Below are positions 13,101 through 26,700 of a DNA stretch of 64,000 nt, piece by piece (within the stretch, counting starts at the first letter, position 1; the number at the start of each line of letters is the position of its first letter). The notes below the pieces were generated by a model, which worked only from the letters and a program-made list of their open reading frames with translations, searched no databases and was not told the origin of the DNA. This DNA is from Octopus vulgaris (Eukaryota), in contig OX597817.1 of the NCBI GenBank assembly GCA_951406725.2, positions 64,542,001-64,606,000 of the forward strand, in the 5' to 3' direction. Position numbers and translations under genes: made by a program.

Positions 13101-16100
13101 ATCTTACCTTGGCTTTCCAGTACTTGGCATTGATTGATAGATAATACTCTTACTGGTGACAACTTTTACATGTCCCTTTCATTTATGAATGATCGTAGCT
13201 ACTCACTTGCAATGCATCCAGAAACATCTATTTGCAAACCACTTAACGTCTTTTCCAGCAAGCCAAGTTCTTTCAAGTTAAAAGTCAACTAGTTCCAGTA
13301 TTATTTGAATCTGCTGCTCAAATTTTCAAACAGCTGCTGGGTTTTTATCTGATATTCTACTTTCTTGGTAAGTTGATCTTGTTACTACTCATCTACCTCA
13401 GACATGCAACTACACAACCTAATTCTGTAACATTGTACTAAGTGATGAAGTTGTGAAAATGGTGGTACTCCAGATTAAATACATATTGTGATGCATCTAT
13501 TTATCACCAAAATTTGTGTCTTTCCCATGACTATTTCCTAAAAAGCACAATTGTCATTTTTATCCTTAATTGCCCTGTTATATTATATATATATAAATAA
13601 ATAAATACATATATTAGCTACATAAGTAACCTTTATGACAAATATTAATTGGCACATCCAACCTAACCTGGATTGTTTATAATGCCATAGGCTGCAGTAA
13701 ATGTCTTGAAAAATTCATGTTCATGACAGATGCTAAAAAGCATCAAAATTCTATACTGTTTGACTAAAATTTGTCAGCACTGGCAGATGGCACTACTGTG
13801 CCACATGATACAGTATAGACAACATATCCAGGTTAGGTTGGATGTGATACTTGATATTCAATGCAAAGGCTGCTTTTTTTCACTAATAGCAAATTTACAC
13901 TCAGCCCACCTGCTTTACTCAGCTTTTCTGGCTGTTTGACCAGTATTCTAAATAGAGGTTTGATTGATTTTCAACCTGTCATTCAGAGCTTGGCTTCCTA
14001 CAACTGATAATTCACAATACAGTGAAATCACATGATACATTAATGCCATCCACCAGTGCTGACTAAAATGGACTAACCGATGTAGAATTCCAATGATATT
14101 TAGCATTTGTTGTCTTTGTGAAATGATTTTTTTTGGATGTTCATCTCAGCCTTCAGAATTATAAAAAACATAGCCAGATCTATCTGTGGCTTTATATAGC
14201 TATGGTAAGACCTCACCTGGAATTTGCATCACCGGTCTGGAACGCCTATCTTGCCCAGGATATCAATCGTCTGGAAGCTGTTCAGCGACATGCAACCAAA
14301 AGAATACCCTCCATCAGACATTTGCCATATCCTGAACGCCTTACTTCCCTGGGCATGGACACATTGAAACTCCGACGTCTGGCAGCTGACTTGGCAGACA
14401 CCCATAAAATTATCAACCATCGTACAAACAATAACTCTGAACACCTTTTCAAACTCCACCCATCTAACACCCGTGGACATATTTACAAAGTAAGAAAACA
14501 GCACAGCTCCCATGACTTCAGGAAACATTTTTTCACGCTGAGAGTTGCTGAAGCATGGAACAAACTGCCGGCATCAGTTGTTAGTTGTCGGAGCACTGCA
14601 TCCTTCAAAACTTCCATGCTTCCTGAGATTCGCCAACCCTACACTTGATTTTCTCCCCTCCATACACACACAAGCATGTATCTGATTCATACATTGTTCG
14701 CTTTCCAGACATTTCTACATTACTGCATGTACTTTATATGCACTTTCTGACAAGTTGTGGTGCACCTGAGCACTGTATACAATAATTTCATTATTATTAT
14801 TATTAGTTTGGCTGTGCTAATTAATATTCAGTACAAAGGCTGCTTATGATGCTAATAGCTAATTTATACACAGCTCATGAGCTTTGCACATCACTGGCTG
14901 TTTGCCAGTATTGTTCTATACGGGTTTGACTGATTTTTCTGTCTGGCTTTCAATGCTTGACTTCCTGCTTCTGATGATCCACAATACAGTGAAACCATGT
15001 GATACAGTAGTGCCATCCACCTCTATGCTAATGAAATTTGGTCAACTCATATAGAATGTTTTTATTTCAAATTATAGTAAAAGCAATTTAACTTTAAACT
15101 TCTTTACACACCTGTCCTTGTCCATATGTATCATGTACTTCTTAAATGATTGCTATGTACCTAAAGTGGATCTTTCTTAATCTAGGTTATGGAAATTTTC
15201 ATGATTCTTCCTCCTTTGGAAAAAACATTATGGTAAAGGATAAGCTATTGGCCACTGAAATCCTTCAACTATTTTTAAATCTAGGTTGTACCTACCTTAC
15301 TTTTTAAAAGGTATGAACATCAGGAGTCCCATTCCCCCTGAATTGAATTAATCTCTTATTGTAACTAAATCTGAAATATTTCCAACTAAACTTTCTTTTC
15401 ATTTTTTTACTTTTCTTTATTAGGACATCTTCCCCGAGACTTAACTGCTCATCTCTGTCGCCTCTCAATCTGGTAATATAATCATCTTAAATTTTTTTCA
15501 TAATTTTCTGAAGAAACCTATTTCATATCTGTAATGATCTACTTTTATTTAAGACCTTCATCCTTCAGACAACCACAGTTGGTCTAATCCTATGAGATTC
15601 AGGGGTATAATACCAGTCAAATACTGAGGTCAATTTAATTAACTGCTCCCTTTCTCCTTATCAAATTAGTATTGTCTTGTGTGTTAGAAACTATTTTATT
15701 TATCCTCAAGTGAGTGTAATCTTTATTACAATATATTTTACTGTAAATGTTATTACATTTATCTTGCTGGATGCAGAAATGGTTGCATGATAAAATGTAG
15801 TTCAGTAACACATAGCTTTCTTTAATCCCACTGTATGGTGCCATTAGCAAGTATCTTCTTCTATAGCCCCACATTGTCAAATTATACAGAAGGCTATTGC
15901 ATGTGTATATCTTTGAATGACATGTACTTGAGAAAATTGATAAACCAGTGCTTTTGAACAAAAATACCCTCTGGTATTTTTCAACCTGAGATACACTGGT
16001 CCCTTATCACTTGTGCACTTGTATATGATATGATTAATGATTGGAAATCCTTTACTCAACAATGGTATTGTTCACAGTTTTATTATAAATTATCAAAAAA

Positions 16101-19100
16101 AAAGAGTGAGTAATTATCTTAAAGTTAACACTTGTCTTTTCTTAAATAACCTTCTTACAAATTTCTCTGCAGCCCAGAAACAAGTTTGTCCAGTGTTCAG
16201 AGTCTTCTTCAACCAGAGTTGTTCTTGCAGTCATTTTTCCTTGGAACCTACATGTATTTCATCTGGCATTTAGCTGCTGTTTTACTAAGGACATATTTAA
16301 CTGAGGTATGTGAAAAAGAATAAGTTTTATTTTCATTTCATTATTACTGACTTGTCAAATATATATTTTAGCCATTTTATTAATTCATCTGTATCACTGT
16401 CTCTGTTGACTTGACTAGTTTAGATAAATGGATGTCATATCCAGGGAGAGATTTGGATAAATACTGATCCTTATGAGCCATTAAATTGCAGATGTTTGTG
16501 GTGAATATCAACTACATCAACCTTACTCATCTGGAAGGGTCTACAAAGACCATGTCAACTGCTCCTTCCCTTCTCTTTAACCTATAAAGAAAATCAAAGC
16601 TATAGAGATATTTAGTCCCACAAGGAGATTGGTAGCTAGAAGGACTGTATCTCTCTAAAACCTGCACCATAGGATCTATGGATGTGAATGGTACCAGGGA
16701 ATAAATACTACCTCATTGGATTGCAATTTCAATGAGTTGGAACCTTTTCCTGACAATTGATAAGTGTATGGTCTACATACACAACAAAATATCCGAAGTT
16801 GATATATGGACTAAGTTAATTTGTTAAATGTGAAATGTCCAGTAATTTAAAAAAGGCAATGAAAGAAAGATAAGATTTTATTATAATATTTCAGTCTATT
16901 TGACAGTATTTGTAAGTTTTGTTTGTTCTCTTTTTTCTTTCTGCTTAGAGTTATGAATTTCGTATAGAGCCTGGTTTAGATCATCTCTCAGATAAATGTT
17001 TGCACAATGCTCTTAGCTGTAAGAGCAACCCTTGGATTCAGGTAAATTCAATGCTTTTTTTTTTTCAATTTTTCCTGGTTTATTACACATGTATTTTTTC
17101 CCTTTTGTCTTGAAATATTTGTTTCAAACTGGTGTTACTGTGGGGTTTTTGTGTTTTGGGTGGTTGAGTCTAATTCTGCTTGTAGAAATTATTTTGGTCA
17201 AATTGTCATAATATTGAGTTGTTGACATACAAATGATAATTCCTTTCTTTTCCATAGATATAATGTTCTTTTAGCCTAAGTGCAATACTCATTTGGCTTA
17301 TTGCAATTATTTTTAAGCTTAAGGAGTCACAATGTCTGTGAAGTTACGGTGCTGCACTGCAGACCATTTGATCAGGTGTTCAAATTGTCAACCATTGTAG
17401 TGGTGTCTTGAGGCAGATGCACAACATTGCTTTCTTCATTTTGCTTGACTGACAAAAAGTGGAAGTTTCATTCTTAAGACAAAGTTGAGTGGTGAGTAGT
17501 TGCTAGTGAGCAAAGTAATAGCTGTTTTGAGCAAGCTTAATTAAAGGTATTAAATATCTTGAGTGCCCCTAGCATAAAGCTACTCCCTCACTCAGCCAAG
17601 GGGAATCTTAGTCTTGCAAATTACATGGTGACCCCAGTAATGCCGCAAAATGTAGCCAGTACATGCTGTAAAGTGATTAGTGTTAGGAAGCGCATCCAAC
17701 TGTAGGAACTATACCAATGCTGACTTTTGAGCATGTCAAACTTTCCAACCTATGCCAGCACAGAAGACAGACGTTAAAAGGTAGTGTTGGTGGTGGCAGC
17801 AGCAGCTTAAATTTTGTTTACCATGTAAATGTTACTTCTAAGTTATTAATTCCTAGAATATTTCATTTTTCCTACAATAAATATACAATCTTGTATTTTC
17901 TCTTTGCAATTCATTCATCACAACTTAGACAGCAGCTGAAATTAGAATAGACCTAATCACATTCGGAGTTGTCTCCCATGTTTGCTCAGTCGAAAATATT
18001 TTATTGATTACTATAGTTTTTTTTTTACTATCTACATATGTATTTCTAGTTAACTTTTTAATTGTACTTGCATTAACCTTTTAGTGTTCAGATTAATTTG
18101 TCAAATGTAATGCTTATCTGTTCACATTAATTTTGATTTATTCAGGTTTAAGTGGGGTGTCCACAATGTTTGCTTGTAACTTTCTTAATTTTCTACATGC
18201 AGATTTGAAATTTTGTAAATGGGTGCTTATATGCCAGTGGTTTATAGTTATGTAATTTTAATTGATCTTTCTGATTAAATTTGACTTTTATGGGCAAGTA
18301 AATTTTATTGACAGGTGTAAAATCAATAACATTATGAATAAACACTAAAATTCAACCGCCAACAATTTGACATTTTTCAAGATGAGGTACATTAATATGA
18401 ATTAATTAAAATACAGGTGTAATCAGTACAAGATTTTATTCTTTCTCTATATTTCATTCAGGCATTTTCATTGAAAATAAAGTACAAAACTCTTTTACTA
18501 GTCAATATACCACCAGACCACCATATGACCCTAGGTTTGGATGGGACTTTGTACTAGCCACAGATTTGGTCTGTGGCACACACCAAGCTGTCCTTCAGGA
18601 ATTCCCAGTTGTCCTCTATGTCACAAGTCTCTGTAGCTCCTCCTCCCTTTCATCAAATTTCTCAATTAGGATGTCCCTAAATTTCTGACCTTAAGCTTCC
18701 AAATCCTTCTTTTCCAGATTGGGATTACTTCTTGGCATCCTTCTGGCCTGGTGTCTAAAGTCACTAATGAATAATCTATGCTGGAAGGTACATTCTTTAC
18801 GCATTTCTCTGCAAAAAGTATGTCCATGCCACCTACCCCGTCACTGTTACCTTCCCAGAAGATAACATGTCACATCAGTTGTTCTCTTACTTTAACCTAA
18901 GATAATTTTTCAGACTGATAATCTCATCTTTAGAGATTAAATACTTTCATCATTTTCATTGCCAAACATCATCAGTTGTCTTTTCTTGAATGTGTATGTA
19001 ATCTGAAACTGCATTTCAGTTAGGAACTTCTATTTCTAATGTAAGCTTAATATCCACTTAATGGTCCGTATACATCCAGGATATCTGGTGATGATCACAG

Positions 19101-20665
19101 CTCAAACTGATCAGGCAGTAATTTACCTGTGAATATCATTAAAAATTTTTTGAGGTTAATAATAAAGTTGAGTTAAAAAAAAAAAAAAGTCTCATGACAT
19201 TTCACTATTGACTCTTTAATGTGTACTTGATGAGCAAGATAATCAACTTTGCATACCTGCAATAGACATAACATACATTTATGTAGTTAATTCTATCAGA
19301 TATTGTTGGACATTTCTAACTAATCATGCTCATTCTACTTTATGATAACTGTCATTTCTGTTATATCTGCAGTACCTCGGCTTTCTAGATCTCTTCCAAC
19401 TGTCCAGATTCTCCTTCAATAGACGTCAAGTTCTTTTCAGTGCGACTTTTCCAGGTATGAGCTTTTAAACTTTTAATTTTTAACTAAATTCAAATTTATG
19501 TATATATATATATAATATTTATATATTGGAAGTAGGTTGGGGTTGGTAACAGGAAGGGCATCCAGCCATAGAAAATTTACTTTAACAAATGCCATCTGAC
19601 CCTTCTAAGTTTCGAAAAGTAGGCATTAAGATGGTTATTTTGATATATATACGCACACACACACAGGGTGCAATGGGTAAATTGTCCCCATTTTATATTT
19701 TTAATTTCACATATGCACATTGTTTTTGATTTTTGTCAACTACATAATATAGTAGGGCACTATCTATGACAAAAACAGCACCATGACGCAATTCACTCTG
19801 CCAGAAATATGGGAACGTCTTGCTGTACTGCTTGGCATTTGCACTGAAAGCTCTAATACGAACAGATGGTGAACACACAGAACAACCATTGGCTTGCCAT
19901 GTCCCCAAAACTTGTACATCTAGTCAACATCATGTTTGGAGTGATCACTAGTGATGGCAACGTTATCCTTACATTCATCTTCCCAATCGGCCTCAGACTC
20001 AATACAGAGGTGTATATCAAGTGCCTGGAGGGGGTAGTGCTGCTCTGGGTCAAGAGGGTGGCTGCTAGAAGACCCTATATCTGGTAACAGGACTCTGCAC
20101 ATTGCCACATAAACAAGAGAACCTAGTCATGGCTGTCAGACAATTTCTGCAACCACACCACCCCTAACATCTGGCCACCTAACTTCCCAGGCTGCTACCC
20201 CCTTGATAATTATATGTGGGGTGCAGTTGAGCAAGAGACCAACAAAGCTCTTTGTAGGCAAGGATTATGGCAGCATTCACCAAGGAGACCATTCACAAGA
20301 GTTGCAGGAGATTCTGAAGTTGTCTGGAGTCCTTGATTGAAGCCAATAGTGATTTTATTGAATAAATTTACTCTTTTGTATTCCAAGATATTTTTATGTA
20401 ATTTTGGTAAATATATCTGTTAAAATGAGATGTTAGTTTTGTTTTAATTTTTGCATAATTTAGACAATGATATATTCACTGCAACCTCTCTCTCTTATAT
20501 ATTTATATCCCTCTCTCTCTTTCGGAGAGGCACTGAGCAGCTATACGCACACATACACACACGGCAGTAATTTCCACCTACCGAATTCAATCACAAAGCT
20601 CCGGTCGGCTCGAGGCTATAGTGGAAGACACCTACCCAGAGTGCCACGCAGTGGGACTGAACCCG

Positions 20666-20704
<39 letters not shown>

Positions 20705-23700
20705 CACTCTCACACACACGCATCATCTTCATCATCATTGTCGTTTAACATCCGCTTTCTATGCTGGTATAGGTTGGATGGTTTAACTGAGGGCTGGCAA
20801 GCCAGAAAGTTGCTCCAATCTGATCTGGCAAAGTTTCTACAGCTGGATACCCTTCCTAATGCCACTTCTGTCTCCACACTTTCTTCTATTCAACTTTTTA
20901 GGCATGTTTCCTTAAATACATTCTGGCACCAGTCTGGCCACTCTCATCCACCGAAATAAAATATGAGGTAGCCAGGAATCTCCACAACAATAAACCTGAT
21001 CCTGCTCCTCCAATTATACTCTCAATACCTTGCATAAAGCATCCACCCTATCCCCTATTCTCCCTCTTAGCTAGGAGAACACTTTAATTTTATACTTTAC
21101 AAGATGATCTTACTAGTGTTGGTGCCACAAAAGAAACACACCCTGTACACTCTGTGAATAGGTTGGCAGTAGGAAAGGCATCCAGCTTTAGTAGGCATGC
21201 TGAAACTGAGACTTTGGAACAAGACATTGTTCTCCAGCCCATTAAATTCTATCAAAATATCTAACCCATACTATGTTGTTTTATAGTCTGTAGCTGTTTA
21301 ATACTCTTTTCTATGAAAAATTACCTTTCCACCTAGCTGAAAGTGATATTCATATTTCTAGGGTGCCACCCTAAAAACTGGAGCCAAATCTATCATATAT
21401 GTTTAGAGAACCTACGTCAACTCAAGGATGCTACCCAAGAATTTAACCACAATGCATTTGTGCAGGCAGCCATTCCACAGCAAAACACACCTAATTGGTT
21501 GCACAACTCAAGCCTATCTGCAAGTCGTGAGTATATAACTTACTTTATATTCTATATTTTAGCCACCTCTTTCTTTTCAGTTATCTCTCCTGAATACACT
21601 GGCTGATGATGTTGATATCAAGAACCAAGAAAAAATTTTTTACTTTTTAATACTTTAACCATCCTTCAAATCCAAGTTCAAGAGATCATACTTAACTTGC
21701 TAGTCTTGAATTTTTAACTGTTACAGATGCTCCTCACCTTACTACCACACAGAATCGCATTTCTCTCACATATACACAAATGGTATGCATCACCTAGGTA
21801 ACACCGACTTAATCTAAGATCTTCAGCATAATATCTCCAACGTCTATGGTCTTCAGCCATACTTATTTAGTTCAGATTGTTAGTTACACAATTACATGTG
21901 GTTCTATTTTCAATTAGATTAAATGAAGCAACTTGTAGGAATTATTTTTCTTGCCCTTTTTTAAGATCTTATTTCTGATTAACAACTATACTTATTGTCA
22001 TTATAACTGTTTATTAATAACTCAATTTTCTGTTTTTCCAGGCTACCTCAAGCCAACATCTTTGGGCCACATGAGTCTTAATGAATCAGGTATTGGAATT
22101 AAACATTCTATTTAATTTATTCCGTTTTTTCTTCTTTGTTCTCTTTTATGTTTTATACCCATTGGATTGTGGGGGAGTGCCAACATGGTGGTAGATTTTG
22201 CAAATTTGGACATTTCCAAACAGTTAGGTCCACCAATAGATATTGCTGAAGGAATAAACTTTAAAATGTGTAAGAATGGAAGTATGGTGTAAAGATAAGT
22301 AATTCTATAATTTGACTACCACCTAACAATATCTGGCAACAAGCATTTACATACAAAGAAAGCTTTAAAAATGGATAAAGGGTGATTGTTGTTGACTAGT
22401 ATTTCAGTGTTTCGTTGCCATAAAGTATTACAGAATATATCTATAGATTTTAGCCAACACTGTATGAAATTATGTAAAACAACTTGTCTTTATGTACTAC
22501 ATCTTCATGAACAGAAAAAGAGGCATCAGCCAGACTAATTTTCAACCTGCTGTTGGGATTTTATCAACAACCAAGATCCCTCTTTAATTATCCTAAGAGA
22601 CACTATTTATGTAAACCTGTTTTTACTAAAAGTTCGAGTCCACAGAGATGTATGTAAAGTTCGATATTTACAGTAGAGCTTTGAAATATAACATAATTAA
22701 CATGCCAGTAATTCGCCTGAATTAGCTATCAAGAGTGTATCATGTATGCTAATTGATCTGATTTAATTAAGCTCTTAGTATATGTAAATTTTTAAGCAGT
22801 GAAAGGTGCTAGTAAATAAAGTGATCTTTAAAGACTTCCTCATTGGTTTAAAATGAAAGCAGTAGAGACGGGGATATATACATATATATAAAGAAGAGAG
22901 AAATAAAGAAAATTCCAAAACATCCTCAACAATTTATAAGTGGTGCTTAATGAAGACTGAGCTAAAAGATGTAAAATATCATTGACTAGTTGATAGACGT
23001 ACAATGAAACACTTTGATACAAAATAATAAAGATGTTTTTATTTTCTGACAAAATAACTATGTGCACATCCATTCTTAATGTGTTCTAGTAGAATTGAAT
23101 ATGAACATGGCTTCCACTGTGGAGTTAATCTTGAATAACTTCTCCCCATTGACGATGTGTATAAACAACCCACTTACTCATTGAAATGACAGTGGACTAT
23201 CCGACACCAGTGTTTTGGCATGGTTGTTGATTTCTATTGATAGGAACATTTGTTACAACTTTGCTCCAAAGGACTGTGTGTTGTTTGTCACTGAAGAGGT
23301 GCAACTATACCAAAACACTAGTGTCTGAAAGGCCACTGACATCACTTGGTGCAAGTGTGATGTTTATTCACATCATCTATAGGAACAAATCATTCTCAGA
23401 GACAAACAAGAGCAAGAAACCATGTTCACATTCCAGTCTGCTGGAACATGTTAAGAATGGACATGCTCATTGTTCTGACTCTTGCTGTTTTGTTATAATC
23501 TGACAATAATTATAACTCAAATGTGGGACAACTTTTATATTTGCTATTAATAGCTAATGGTTCTTCCATGATGCAATTCTTTGTATGTGTGTCTATATAT
23601 ATATAATATATTATAATATAAGTTAGTGTTAGGAAGGGCATCCAGTTGTAGAAACCATGCCAAATTGGACTGGAACCTGGTGCAGCTCTCCAGCTTATCA

Positions 23701-26700
23701 GCTCCAGTTAAACTGTCTAACCCATACCAGTATGGAGAGTGGACGTTATATTAATCTTTTTTATATATCTATATATATAATATATCTTTTTTTTCTATCT
23801 TCAGTAACTGGTACATCTCTCCGTGAAGAAAGACCTATAAAAGTCAGCTTACAAACTAAGGTATAATATTGTGCAATTAGTATAATAACCCAAAATTTCT
23901 TGCTTATGGAAAAGTGACTATTATTACTGAAACAGGTGCTACATTGCAATAAGCTCTTGGCAAACCAATGACTATTGGAAAATGCATGAAGGCATGAATG
24001 TTATAGAGAATATGATGGGGAAGTTAGTAAATGTATTGAATAAAATATAAATATATATACTGTGGAATTTATTTGAAGGGTTTATTTTTTTTTAAATGGA
24101 ATTCATTTTGAGAGGTTGTTATTTTTACCTATTAATGAGAAGAAAAAAAAGAACTTGTTTTAATACAAGAAATAACTTCATTGATTTATTTCAGGACATA
24201 TGTGAACTAAAGAAAAAATATATATAAGATTTCACTGTGTTAGTAATGACAGCCATTTAAAACTCAAATATTGTATTCATTTTTGTTTTTTAACCCCAAG
24301 TAGGCTATCATTGAGTGCAAAGTTATAATAAAAGGCATTCCAACCATGACCATTTTTTCTTATTTTCCTTTTAGCAACAAGCATGATTCAATGGTTAAGA
24401 AGTTCACTTCTCAACCACATGGTTTTGAGTTTGATTCCACTATGTGGGACATTGGGCAAATGCTTTTTGTTAAAGTGTCAAATTGATCATTGCCTTGTGA
24501 GTAAAATTCTCTACACAGAAACCGTGAAAGCCCATCGTGTGTGTGTGCTTGCTTGCTTGCTTACCTGACACCAGTAGCAGTGATGTTTACGTTTGACATA
24601 AACAAGTCTAGCATCAGGCATGGTCTTCATTTGTAAAATACTGACTCAAGAAGTTGTATCTGAGCCATACCAGCATGGAAAAAGCAAATAGAAAAAGGCA
24701 GTAGATCTCTCATTTCTTTAAGACAATTGAGTGTAAGTTGAGTGAGGTTAGACTGCTGTTTCTGACAGATTGAGCAACCGCATAGAAATTTCTTCATTGG
24801 TTCATTCTTCTTATGTATGCGTGTGAGTAGTAGTAGAAAGAAAGAATGAACAGGCAAACAATTGGTATCAGTTTAAAGCAGAGATTCTACATATTTAAAC
24901 ACAATTACAGAGTTGTTAGACTAGAGTGTTTCTTAGAAATAAGAGACTAAGGTGTGCAGATAGTCTGTTACAGCTGTTAACAGAATAGATGCACATAAGT
25001 GCATTTCTCAGTAAAGATAGGCTTTCCATAGAGTAGTGGGCTATTCCATCTTCAGAGAGAAAAAAAACTGAGGTAGATGTATAGTAGAGTATTTTCATTA
25101 ATAATATCTATTCTTTTACTGGTTTCTTTGATCATTGTACTGCCATCAGAAGTTTTAGTTGATTGTATCAATTCTAGTATTTATTTCATCAATCTCTATT
25201 TATCATATCACTGTTACACTTTGACATAAAGGATTGTGACTCGACACTGGCAACTATAAACCTACACCACACAAGGGCATGCTGAAAAGTTCCTGACTTT
25301 GGGTTAAAAATATGCAAGACGATCAGCTAATTATGATTTTATGTAACATATTCCCCTTCTCAGATTCACACACTTATTGCTGCAAACCTTCAGTTTTTCT
25401 CAGCCCTGTAAAAGAACTCGGAAGGTTGAGCCTCAAACCAGGCCTTTTGCAATACACTGAAAGCCAGGAACTTTACAGCACCCCCTCTCTCACTCACTCA
25501 CACACACACATATGCAACTGAGTTCCACTCAGCTTCTATATACTAAATTCCATGCATATGCATTAGTTAACCCATGGTTATAGTAGAAAACCCCTGCCCA
25601 ATGTGCCACACAATAGGACCAAACCCAAAACCATGTGTTTGTGAAGCAAATTTCATAACCACATTGTCTATGCTTGTGCCTATTATCATGAAATAGAGCA
25701 AAAATAAACAGTATATGTGCCTTTTAAATGATACCATTGTTTCAGTTTAAACTCAGTTGAAATCACTAACCAAACAAATACAACTCTAAAATTGTAGATT
25801 ATTTTACTGATATATTAGAAGAATATATTGGATGATTGTTTTAGTGGTCATGCCTTACAAATATTTATGAAATAAAAGTAAAAAGGATCTGTAATATCAT
25901 GCATATGTAAACCATCTTGTTTAGATTTTAGAGGTGTTGAAAAAGAAGCCAGTGTTCGGTTATTTTCTACGAGAACTACCAGATGCTGCACCTCGGAAAT
26001 TATTCTCCTCAGTTCAAATCCATATCTGGGCAGTAGAAGGTAAGAGCTCTTTTGTTTCTCTTGTTTGTATTAATATTTACCTCAACCACTATCACATTTA
26101 TTAGTAATAATCTTAGCTAATCAAAAGTGGCTCACAATAAGACCCATGTTGGATTATTGCTTGAGTACTGCTTACATCTATGAAACAGTGTTATGGTTGC
26201 TGCTATACAGATTTTTACACATTCTAAATAAAGCTATTGGACTGATTGTCAACAATTCATTCACTCACCAACATTGTACAATAACTAACTTGTAAGTTTT
26301 CCTCTATTTGCTTCTTGTGCTAGTATAACGGCATCTGGTCTTCTGAATTAGCTAGTAGCAAATTCACTTCATAGCTCACTTGATCTAGCAATCATTTTCA
26401 CTGTGTTGCATCTCTCAAGTCTTGCACAGAAACGTTTTCTGAATCTTTCTCACTATTCTGGTATCCCTCTAGAGGGTAACCTATAAAGCTTATTGTTTTA
26501 CCATTCCTTCACTAACTTGCAAAAAAATCAGTGCTACAGTAGGAATCAATAACAACCATAGGATTTACAGGCATTCTGTATTAAAAAATACAGAATCCTG
26601 CACTATGAACTAACTTGGTGGGTTTACATGCTTTCTGTCTACAGCAACAAATTTTCTCCATGACAAAATACAGTGAATGGCTTTCTTACCATTTCAAATA

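Noticed and set aside
14133-14648. 171-aa ORF as a host gene
   Set aside because: It is a CR1 ORF2 C-terminal fragment with a LINE 3' tail.
24195-24230. Acceptor atttcag|GAC as an additional NDC1 exon
   Set aside because: It reaches a stop after 10 codons, has no donor and shows no similarity.
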